Sequence record: DRR723986_3513 | DNA length: 64,000 nucleotides | Reading direction: 5' to 3' (one strand) | Shown: positions 20,986 to 29,497 of the stretch, piece after piece | Position numbering within the stretch: position 1 is the first letter of the stretch | Layout of the letters: every line of letters begins with the position of its first letter | Translations under genes and position numbers: made by a program | The notes under the pieces: model-generated | The model's input: only the letters and a program-made list of their open reading frames with translations | The model's database searches: none | What the model was told of the DNA's origin: nothing

Positions 20986-21112
20986 AGGTTTGCAAGAACT
21001 AGTGGGTAAGGAACCCGGGACTGAAGGCCCGTATTCTCATCTCAATAACATGCGCACCGAACGGGTGTCGATACCAAAACCAGCAATCCTCAATGCCGCG
21101 TTAGTGGGTGCC

Positions 21113-21160
21113 CTGCCCCAGTTCAAGGGCTTGGTGCTGCCCCAGTTCAAGGGCTTGGTG
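21113..21160. repeat. Perfect 24-bp tandem duplication (CTGCCCCAGTTCAAGGGCTTGGTG x2)
   Basis: Read directly: 21113-21136 is identical to 21137-21160; intergenic, upstream of the ABC exporter. Confidence 0.95.
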
Positions 21161-21322
21161 TGAAACCTGAAGGTGCTGTGAGCTTCAAACGCAAACTGGA
21201 TTTTTGGCTCCGGGCTAAGAATTGCTGCTAAGAGTCATAATAGCCCTAGACTGCCGATCGGGGAGCATTCTGCCGGATATGACTAGCGCACCAGGTGTAT
21301 CGCGACTCAAGTCTTCCAAGCC

Positions 21323-21976
21323 CTAAGCGGCTCGCCGGCTACGTTGACGTGATGATTCTTCAATCAAGTCGATCTGCTCTCTCACGTTTTCGTAGCACAC
21401 ATCTTCAACCGTTCCCACCTTCAGAATGTTTGCACCCGCTCCTTCGGCCGCTGCCCAGCCGAACGGATGGTCTTCTAGAACAAGGCATTGGTCTGGAGTA
21501 GTTTTCGCGAGCTGGATCGCTTTCCGATAGATTTCTGGAGACGGCTTGGGGTTCTCCACGTCTTCATTGCTTAGGGTGAAATCCAAGAATTGAGAAAGTC
21601 CGGCTCGGTCCATCATCTCAGTGATTGTCGACTTGATCGAATTGGAGGCTACGCCAACGACCATTCCGTCCCTTTTAAGCCTTGCCAAGCACTGCCAATG
21701 AGCTGGGTTGGGCACCAGTTCTTTACGGAGGATTTGCCGCGTGTACTCTTGCTTCATCTCGTTGATAAATGAATGCAAGCTAATGCTCAATGAAGTGCGA
21801 TTTGAAAGCATGTTGAGTTTGGTCTTGGTTGGCAATCCGTCAAACTCGTTGAGGTGGTCGTGCCGTGAAATCTCATGCCCGAATAGCCCTAGAGCTTGAT
21901 TAAGGGCCTCGTAGTGCCATTCCTTGGCGTCAATCAAGACGCCATCCATGTCAAAAATGACAGCCTTTACACTCAT
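21323..21976 (-). CDS. HAD-superfamily phosphatase (beta-PGM-like, subfamily IA)
   Basis: 'IFDMDGVL' (DxD), 'VASNS', 'KPSP', 'LED'. Confidence 0.92.
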   Translation of the reverse strand: MSVKAVIFDMDGVLIDAKEWHYEALNQALGLFGHEISRHDHLNEFDGLPTKTKLNMLSNRTSLSISLHSFINEMKQEYTRQILRKELVPNPAHWQCLARLKRDGMVVGVASNSIKSTITEMMDRAGLSQFLDFTLSNEDVENPKPSPEIYRKAIQLAKTTPDQCLVLEDHPFGWAAAEGAGANILKVGTVEDVCYENVREQIDLIEESSRQRSRRAA

Positions 21977-21978
21977 TT

Positions 21979-22620
21979 TTATGCCCTAACATTTTGCGGG
22001 AAATCTGTACAAATCGCACATTTGCCTGAGCTCTGGACCCCAGTCCGATTGGCCAGAGTGTTTTGCACTGCATCAACTAGCGTCTCGAAGCATTCGTCTT
22101 TTCGGTGATGCAGTTCAGGTGAAACTAGTGCCACGTCCATGCCGGCGTCGAGGTATTCAAGCACTTGCTCCTCGTTGAACCAAGTGTTATTGAAGCCATC
22201 GAACCATACTCCCGAAGCGAGCGGTTCTAGCGGGGAGCTGGATTCGTACTCGCTTCTGCGAAGAAAGGTGTTCATTCCTGCGTCAATGTAGGCCAGCGAA
22301 TCTGGGAGTGACATATCAAAGCAGAAGTAGTCGGTGATATCAAATTGTTGCAACGCAGTAGCTAAATGGCTAGCAAGACCATCGGACTTAATATTTAACG
22401 CTAGCAACTCTCCGTTTCCATTTTCGCAGTACAACTCAAGAAATTCTTGAAGTCTCATTGCCTCCGGCCCTGGAATATCATGGCTGATGACGAGCCTGCC
22501 TCCGGAATCCCTCACATCCGTTTCGATTCCGTAGCCTGCATTTAACGCACGGATGAAGGCACTCGCTGTGTTCTGTTCTGGTTTCTCGAGCCAATAACCG
22601 CGGTGGGCGAGTACATGCAA
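21979..22620 (-). CDS. Glycerophosphodiester phosphodiesterase (GDPD)-like protein
   Basis: 'AHRG', 'NT', 'IETDVR', 'ISHD', 'NIK', 'ICTDFP'. Start placed at TTG 22620, which has GAGG upstream; ORF-track start is 22695. Confidence 0.8.
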   Translation of the reverse strand: MHVLAHRGYWLEKPEQNTASAFIRALNAGYGIETDVRDSGGRLVISHDIPGPEAMRLQEFLELYCENGNGELLALNIKSDGLASHLATALQQFDITDYFCFDMSLPDSLAYIDAGMNTFLRRSEYESSSPLEPLASGVWFDGFNNTWFNEEQVLEYLDAGMDVALVSPELHHRKDECFETLVDAVQNTLANRTGVQSSGKCAICTDFPQNVRA

Positions 22621-22842
22621 TGACAGGTTCCTCAAACTGAATGTGTTGCTTACGGACGTTGGAATAGCAGGCTTCCATCGGAGCGTCGATACCAATTTGT
22701 TCTGAAGCTTCCAGGCATTTCCTAAAGACCTTGACCATGTTCATCCAGACAAAAATTGGTGTTAAGTCAGTCTGCAAAACTGACTATAAAGGCCGCAATT
22801 GATGCGTGTTGGACCTTTTCTAGATAAACCAAGAGCCGGTCG

Positions 22843-23163
22843 ATGCAAACTTATGAACTTGACGAATTCACGGGTGGATGGTTCGTGGGTGCATTCTCGC
22901 CATCCATAATCAATTGTGCGGAATGCGAAGTCGCCATCAAACGCTACAGCGCTGGCAGTGTCGAACCTAGCCATCATCACAAGATTGCGACTGAGCTAAC
23001 CGTGGTTGTCAGTGGCAGAGCCCGAATGGGAGGCACGGTTTTGACCGCCGGAATGATTGCTAAAATTGCAAAAGGTGAGTCTACGTCTTTCGAAGCACTA
23101 GAGGACACTGTTACTGTAGTTGTCAAAACTCCCAGTGTCGCGGACGACAAATATGTCGACTGA
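22843..23163 (+). CDS. Small cupin-fold protein
   Basis: 'GGWFVGAF', 'HHHKIATELTVVVSG' cupin metal motif; 106 aa. Confidence 0.75.
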   Translation: MQTYELDEFTGGWFVGAFSPSIINCAECEVAIKRYSAGSVEPSHHHKIATELTVVVSGRARMGGTVLTAGMIAKIAKGESTSFEALEDTVTVVVKTPSVADDKYVD

Positions 23164-23219
23164 TTTGCAATGTAAAGAGAAACCGCTGACCGAATTATCA
23201 CTCAACAATCAAGCTTGCT

Positions 23220-24125
23220 ATGGATAAAGAAAAAGCCTCGCGGCAAGAATTCATCATGGGGCTAGAGCCCGCCGACCGGATGATCCATGCATTGCGAGAG
23301 ACCGTTGAAAGTGATGCAATTCCTGAGCTTCATTATCGAGAGCTAGTGAACACATTGTTGGCGCAGGCCAGAAACAGCGAGTTTCATGGGCGCATTCTTG
23401 GGATTTCGATCATTGCGGAGCGGCAGCGTGACATCGCTAGAAACCTGCGTGAACATGTTGTTCAAGACAAGAAGTTCCATGTCGTCGATGTCGGCGCAAG
23501 TGATGGCTGGTTCGCCAAGCAGTTCTTGGACGACGACTTTCAGGGCAACGTCTTGTGTATCGAACCAATTCTTCATCAGTATGAAAAATTGTCTGAATAC
23601 TGCAGCACCGACGAGCGAGTCTCTTGCTTGCGATCAGCAGTTGGAGACCAAGTAGTTGAAAGCGTTGAGCTTCAAGTATGCGAGAATGAAACCGGCTTGA
23701 GCTCACTACTTCCGTTTGCTGAAGACTACCACTATTTCAACAGTAACTTCGATCAGGAAAGTCGGCATACAGAAACAGTCCAGTGCACCACTCTCGATGA
23801 ACTGCTGAAGGATGCGCTACCGACAGGCCAGGAAAACATCGCCCTAAAGATTGACACACAGGGGTACGAGCTCAATGTTTTGAACGGTGCTAAGCGTCTG
23901 TTCGAGAGTGGGCAAGTCAAAGCGGTGTTGGTTGAGATGGTCACCCAGACTAAGTATGCAGGTGGGTGCAACTACGACGTCCTCCTGAATTGGCTGAAGG
24001 ATTTTGGTTTTGAGATCTTCGATATTTTACCCTTCTACTGGGAGGATAAAATGGAGTTTCAAGAGCGTCCCAAAGGGCGGTTGACGGAATTCGATTGCTT
24101 GATGGTTAAGAAAGACTTCCTGTAG
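23220..24125 (+). CDS. FkbM family SAM-dependent methyltransferase
   Basis: 'VVDVGASDGWF', 'IEP', 'TTLD', 'LKIDTQGYELNVLNG'. Confidence 0.9.
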   Translation: MDKEKASRQEFIMGLEPADRMIHALRETVESDAIPELHYRELVNTLLAQARNSEFHGRILGISIIAERQRDIARNLREHVVQDKKFHVVDVGASDGWFAKQFLDDDFQGNVLCIEPILHQYEKLSEYCSTDERVSCLRSAVGDQVVESVELQVCENETGLSSLLPFAEDYHYFNSNFDQESRHTETVQCTTLDELLKDALPTGQENIALKIDTQGYELNVLNGAKRLFESGQVKAVLVEMVTQTKYAGGCNYDVLLNWLKDFGFEIFDILPFYWEDKMEFQERPKGRLTEFDCLMVKKDFL

Positions 24126-24166
24126 CAGAACACTGAAGTTCTCTTGGGCAGAATGTACACACTACG

Positions 24167-25393
24167 TTGGATTCACGGATGATTGAAAAGTCAATGCAAA
24201 ACTACCTATTGGATTTGGCTGCGGGTTCGAGGAAACAGGCATGGTTGGGAGAACACTCCCCATTTGCATTCAATGTATTGAATATTTGGGACAGCACTAA
24301 CTTTCGACTGAGCCCGTCCCATCATCAGGCGTATGATGTTGTTTGGTATTTCGAGCGGTGTCCTAGCGAGCTGCAGCCTGGGCAGCTTGAACTCGTCGTC
24401 GATGAAATGGTGCGTATGGTTGGTGAAGAAGGCAAGCTGGTCTTCCGTTATCGCCAAAACGGCCACTTCACCGTCATATCTCTTAAAAATCTGATTGGAC
24501 GCCGATACGGCATAGATGCCTCGGTTGCCTATGAGCAAGTAGAAGATGGAGAGTTTACGACTGTCTTCAGAATTGAACGTCAGGATCTAGCCCGGTATAG
24601 GTCAAAGCGATGGACGTTCGCAGTGCTTACACAAGGCAAACGACGCGAGAATCTAAACTCGTTCTTTGAGTCGATCCGAAATTCAGATGGTGGTGACGAC
24701 CACGAGATCTTGGTTTGCGGGCCCCAACTACCAGAATTTGCGCACTTTAATCTTCGCTACCACGATCAGAAGTACAGCGAACAGTATGCGGAAATCTCAG
24801 TCAAGAAGAACGACTTGGCGCAGCTCGCAAGTGAGGAAAATTTTTGTGTCGTCCATGATCGCTATCGGTTGGACGACAACTTCTTTGGTGGGTTTGAGCA
24901 ATACGGCTACGATTTTGACTTCATTACGGTACCCCAGTGGTACGAATGTGGAGCAAGGTTTCCCGGCTACTGTGCAATGTCTAGCGGACAACTGAGCTGG
25001 AGCACTCCTCTCGACTGCCAGGACTACAATCATCTTTGGCCTTTGCAATATCTCAACGGCGGAATTTTCATTTGCAAGACAAAGACTTTTCAAGATCTAC
25101 CGCTGAACGGAATGTTGTTTTGGAACCAAGCAGAGGATGTGGAACTCTCGATGCATTTCCGGAACCATAAACTGCCTCCGCGAATAAACGTATTCTCATC
25201 GGCGACAACGATGGGGATTACTCGAGACTACACCAAGGACTTTGTTGCAGTGTCGGGGCCTCCGGCCAATGGCCGAGATGCAAACGGTAAGAAAGGCTCG
25301 CTTCTAAGCGTTGCGAAGCAAGGCGGCCGCCAGTTCGAAAGGACACTTCGCCCGCTATGGAAGTCTCTTAAAAACTCAAAGCGAGCATCCTAG
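24167..25393 (+). CDS. Two-domain protein with C-terminal GT-A (GT2-like) glycosyltransferase
   Basis: 'WTFAVLT', 'EILVCG', 'ISVKKN', 'VVHDRY' (DxD-like position), 'AEDVELS'. N-terminal domain unassigned. Start may be ATG 24179. Confidence 0.6.
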   Translation: MDSRMIEKSMQNYLLDLAAGSRKQAWLGEHSPFAFNVLNIWDSTNFRLSPSHHQAYDVVWYFERCPSELQPGQLELVVDEMVRMVGEEGKLVFRYRQNGHFTVISLKNLIGRRYGIDASVAYEQVEDGEFTTVFRIERQDLARYRSKRWTFAVLTQGKRRENLNSFFESIRNSDGGDDHEILVCGPQLPEFAHFNLRYHDQKYSEQYAEISVKKNDLAQLASEENFCVVHDRYRLDDNFFGGFEQYGYDFDFITVPQWYECGARFPGYCAMSSGQLSWSTPLDCQDYNHLWPLQYLNGGIFICKTKTFQDLPLNGMLFWNQAEDVELSMHFRNHKLPPRINVFSSATTMGITRDYTKDFVAVSGPPANGRDANGKKGSLLSVAKQGGRQFERTLRPLWKSLKNSKRAS

Positions 25394-25395
25394 AA

Positions 25396-26589
25396 ATGAA
25401 ACGTAGAATTGCCCTAATCGTTGAACCCCATTTCATGACGCACCATGTTGGCGTGCGCAACTTCATTGTCGCTCTTCACCAGACACTTAGTAGGGACGCA
25501 AGCGTCGACTGGGTGTCATACAGGGAGCAGGGAAGTCGTCGATCATGGTTTCGTATGCAACCGAATGCTCCGGATGTCTTCGAGGCAATTGGGTCGGACG
25601 ACTCAATGGTGATCGACTGCGAGCCGAAAAAGGCCATGTCCCAGTACACAGCGAAGAAACGGAGGCTGCCCACACTGGGACCGGAGCATTTCTTCAAGAT
25701 GGAAATTGGCGCAGATCTCTCCCGTGAAGGTTATGATATTGCATTTATGACGGCACCGTGGATTGGGGACCTTTCGAGTGAGTGCTTGGGACAATTGCAA
25801 GTCGGTTTCGTCTTAGACACAGTTCCTTGCGAGTACTCCATCAATCGCCAGGTCAAACCGTTCGAGTTTGCAAATCTACATGTGCAGGGCTTTCAGTTCT
25901 ATCAAAAGGAATGCAGCCACGTAATCGCACTCAGTGATGCAACGGCCAGATCTTACAACAAGTACTTCGGAAGCGACCAACACTGGAGTATGCCGATCCC
26001 GCCGCTTGCACCTGCCATGTATCACCAACGGCCATCCGTTCGGCCCTCCGAGCCCTACATTGCGTTGTCGAGCCCATTTGATGTGCGCAAAGGGTTGTTA
26101 GAGATGCCACGGACCTTGAATTTATTGACTGACCAAGTTGACGAGCTGAGAATTTATGGTCGGCTGCGATGTACTTCGCGTCAAGCGAAACAGTTCTTTT
26201 CCAGTCTAGACGTCAAGCGTGTTAAGTGGTGGCCCGCTGCGAGTACAGCGAAAGTGCAGGAAGTCCTTGCTGGGGCTGCAGCGATGTTCTTTCCGTCTTT
26301 TGAAGAAGGGCTTGGCCTACCGATATTGGAGGCCCAGATGTGTGGCTGCCCGGCTGTGGTTCGCAATAAAGACCCTATGCGACAACTACTGGTTGGAGCT
26401 AGTACTGTGTTCGACAGTGACGGAGAGAATGCCGCTAGTGCACTGCGAGCGGTAATTGCGGGACGCTACTCTAGACACGAGCTTCAAGAGGCGGCCTACA
26501 ACGATTTTTCGCCCGACCGCGTCAACTCAGTGTTCTGGGATATTCTGAACGACAGCTCGCAACGGTCGATGACAAGACTTGCAGGCTGA
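25396..26589 (+). CDS. GT4 (GT-B) glycosyltransferase
   Basis: 'RKG', 'FPSFEEGLGLPILEAQMCGCP' (EX7E motif). Confidence 0.88.
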   Translation: MKRRIALIVEPHFMTHHVGVRNFIVALHQTLSRDASVDWVSYREQGSRRSWFRMQPNAPDVFEAIGSDDSMVIDCEPKKAMSQYTAKKRRLPTLGPEHFFKMEIGADLSREGYDIAFMTAPWIGDLSSECLGQLQVGFVLDTVPCEYSINRQVKPFEFANLHVQGFQFYQKECSHVIALSDATARSYNKYFGSDQHWSMPIPPLAPAMYHQRPSVRPSEPYIALSSPFDVRKGLLEMPRTLNLLTDQVDELRIYGRLRCTSRQAKQFFSSLDVKRVKWWPAASTAKVQEVLAGAAAMFFPSFEEGLGLPILEAQMCGCPAVVRNKDPMRQLLVGASTVFDSDGENAASALRAVIAGRYSRHELQEAAYNDFSPDRVNSVFWDILNDSSQRSMTRLAG

Positions 26590-26740
26590 GCACGAGTGAC
26601 GTTTGTTGTAGGGGGAGCGTAGGGGGCGTTAGTCGGCTTCGCGTTCATGGCCAAAGACTAAGGCCATTCGGTCTAAGTGGCAATTGGTTTCCCGCTAGAA
26701 CCAATAGTTGGTTGCAAGCGGGAATCACCCGAGTTCAGTT

Positions 26741-27532
26741 TTAAGCTGCGTTACGTGTTGCGGAGGCCACTAGTCGCATCGCGTTATCGTAAGACTTCGT
26801 CTGTTTGAAGTGTTCTAGGTCTTGTGGAATTCCAATTCCATGCATGCCATTTCGTTCTGAACCGATGTTGAAGATATCCAAGCGTTTCTCAGCCGAAAGC
26901 AAGTTGTTGTAGGTCGGTGCAACGTAGAATTCGCCGTTGACTCGCAAGTCCTCGCGTATCATCTGCTTTGCACTACTGACGAAGTCAGATCCACGGCGGA
27001 AGTTATAAATACCGACCGTCGCTTCGTTCGAAACGACTTGTTTTTCAACAACACCACAAATTTCTTTCGACGCGTCAAATTGAACATAAGACCATTTGGG
27101 GTCGTCCGCGGTCATGGTCATGATCAATCCGTCATTGGATAGTGCATCGAGATATTCGTCGATGCAAACATCAATCCACTGGTCACTATTCGCGATCATG
27201 AGTGGGTCGTCGTTGTCGATGAAATCGCTAGCAAGCAGTACTGTGCAAGCGGCACCTTGCGTGACTCCCTCAACGAGAACGACTTCACATCCTGGTGAGA
27301 TCGCTCGGAGACGTTGATCCACATTGTATTGGTCGACGTGCTCCTTCAGGCAAATGTAGATAAAACGGTGCGGTTGCGATGGCCGGAGATTCTCTGACAC
27401 GATTTGGATCATCGGGTAACCTCCTATTTCAATTAGAGGCTTGGGGAGTTCATAACCAGCATTGGCAAACCGACTGCCTCTTCCGGCCATTGGTACTACG
27501 ATGTTGAGCATTTCGCTATCCTTCGCTCGCAT
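26741..27532 (-). CDS. Sugar/polyol-phosphate nucleotidyltransferase (NTP_transferase-like)
   Basis: 'IVVPMAGRGSRF...PKPLI', 'QGAACT', 'IANSDQ', 'VEK', 'NGEFYVAP'. Start may be ATG 27511 (MLNIVV). Confidence 0.85.
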   Translation of the reverse strand: MRAKDSEMLNIVVPMAGRGSRFANAGYELPKPLIEIGGYPMIQIVSENLRPSQPHRFIYICLKEHVDQYNVDQRLRAISPGCEVVLVEGVTQGAACTVLLASDFIDNDDPLMIANSDQWIDVCIDEYLDALSNDGLIMTMTADDPKWSYVQFDASKEICGVVEKQVVSNEATVGIYNFRRGSDFVSSAKQMIREDLRVNGEFYVAPTYNNLLSAEKRLDIFNIGSERNGMHGIGIPQDLEHFKQTKSYDNAMRLVASATRNAA

Positions 27533-27884
27533 GACTCAATTAGTTTGTTGTGAATTGTGCAATTCAATCACAACACGCGAGGGATGTTAGCATCTCGTCT
27601 TAGATGCACGAAGATCAATCTATGCTCGGATTGCTCAAACCTGTGAGCTTGTGCGCAGTCTTAGTAGATGTTCCTCTGGGGGGGCGTGAAGATTGAACCC
27701 TGCAATCCCAGCAACGACTGAAGTCTCTTTGGAAGCGTTGTGAATTGCACAGTGGAGGATCACTAGGATTGCTCTGGCATTGATTGAAAACTTCTGGGAG
27801 ATTCTGACCAGAGTTGTCACTAGAATCTCGTAGAGAAAAACATGCGGATTCTAGAGTTATCAGGCTCTTAGGAGTATTCCGCCA

Positions 27885-29264
27885 GTGTCCAAATTGCAGC
27901 AGCATCCAACTTTCCCGCAGATCTACATTGACGCATCGCATACCAGTACGAGCGGTATAAACACTGGTGTTCAGCGGGTTGTCCGAAACGCTTGCTTGCT
28001 CGGGGGCAGATTCGAAACGCAGCCCACCCAAACCGTCGAAGTGCAACGTAAAGATTTCCGCCCTATTGATCTTCAGCGGCAAGCCGAAACTTGGAAACGC
28101 ATTCACGATATTCGTGGCGATGTGCTTTCCGTTATGCCGCGAAGTTATCATCAGGTCGCTCAGGCGGTGTGCAACGCGATTCCACTGCGATTTGTTAGGC
28201 GGTGGCTGATGCCTGAGCCTGGGCACCAGGGGATTTTGAAGTTGCCGCTTACGATCTACGAGCGAACCCTACGCAAAGCCGAACTGCGCAAATCGAATCA
28301 CCAGACAGTCAGTCCCGGAGTCGGGGACTTACTGATTCTTTCTGACGCGTACTGGGCGAAGGAAGAGGTCTGGCCAGCAGTTGCAAAGGCGAAAGCCAAT
28401 GGTGCAAAAGTCGCAGTCATTATCTATGACCTGATACCACTTACTCACCCTCAATTCGTATCTCCCAAGGGCGAAGGGCCGTTTCGCGCATACCTTCAGC
28501 AAGTCGCCAAGCACGCTGATATGGTAGTTGCGATCTCAAACACTGTTTGTAAGCAGGTTGAAGAACTCTTTCGGACTCCAGAGTTTAGAGCCGCGGAAAG
28601 TTGCGTCTTTTCGTCTTTCGAGCTTGGTGCGGAATTTGGGGTGAAACAGGGGAAGGTGCGAGAGCACATTCGAAGACTTTTTCCAAGCGACGCGAACAAT
28701 GCGCCTCACACGATGGTTGCTACATTCGATCCAAGGAAGAATCATCTATTCGCCCTGGATGCGTTCGAAAAGGTTTGGGAGCATTACCCTGAGCGGAAGC
28801 TTTGTTTCATAGGAAGGGTTGGGTGGCGTTGTGACAACGTTATTCAGCGCGTCCGCGAGCATCCAAGATTTGGGACACAACTATTTGCGTTGCACGACGT
28901 GACTGACGTAGAACTCCACTACTGCTACCAGCGTGCTCGCAGTGTTTTGATGCCGTCGATAGTCGAAGGTTTCGGGCTTCCGATCGTGGAGGCCCTCTGG
29001 CACCAGCGGCAGGTGTTTGCAAGCTCAACGGCCATCCACCGAGAGGTCGGGCGAGACGATTGCATTTATTTCGAACTGGACTCAACCGAAGGAATGGTGA
29101 ACGCTCTACTCGATTGGGAATCGGAAAATGGCGCAATATCGCCGCGAAGGCCCTCGAGCTACCAGCCCCTCACCTGGGAAGAGAGCATTGCAAGTCTAAT
29201 TGGCGAATGCTGCCAGCTATTGTCCGAAAACGAGCTGACACCCTGCCGTGGGCAAGCAGCCTAG
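27885..29264 (+). CDS. GT4 glycosyltransferase (WbpX-like, candidate rhamnosyl/mannosyltransferase)
   Basis: 'TGVQRVVR', 'IYDLIPL', 'PRKNH', 'EGFGLPIVEA'. Confidence 0.9.
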   Translation: MSKLQQHPTFPQIYIDASHTSTSGINTGVQRVVRNACLLGGRFETQPTQTVEVQRKDFRPIDLQRQAETWKRIHDIRGDVLSVMPRSYHQVAQAVCNAIPLRFVRRWLMPEPGHQGILKLPLTIYERTLRKAELRKSNHQTVSPGVGDLLILSDAYWAKEEVWPAVAKAKANGAKVAVIIYDLIPLTHPQFVSPKGEGPFRAYLQQVAKHADMVVAISNTVCKQVEELFRTPEFRAAESCVFSSFELGAEFGVKQGKVREHIRRLFPSDANNAPHTMVATFDPRKNHLFALDAFEKVWEHYPERKLCFIGRVGWRCDNVIQRVREHPRFGTQLFALHDVTDVELHYCYQRARSVLMPSIVEGFGLPIVEALWHQRQVFASSTAIHREVGRDDCIYFELDSTEGMVNALLDWESENGAISPRRPSSYQPLTWEESIASLIGECCQLLSENELTPCRGQAA

Positions 29265-29497
29265 CCAACCATTGAATGTGCCCCAATCTAGAGGCGTCTA
29301 CTAGACGCAACAAACTGGATTGACGACAATCCTGCTATGGAGAGACGCATCCAATTGCTGCTCGATCGTGACGGGCATGGATACCATCACCTGTACGAGC
29401 TATTTATGGCTTTCGAAAGCCCGTCCATCATTCTCGATAACCGCCCCAAATAACTGCGCTGTACATCGAAAACCTTAGCGCCAAGGTCTTGCTCAAA

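Noticed and set aside
22633..26742. Possible invertible segment (plus-strand block 22843-26589) bounded by AAACTGAA / TTCAGTTT
   Set aside because: Only 8 bp of inverted match and no recombinase in the window; expected by chance.
27615..28226. 203-aa minus-strand ORF
   Set aside because: Overlaps the GT4 5' end in antisense and covers the putative divergent promoter; no recognisable motifs.
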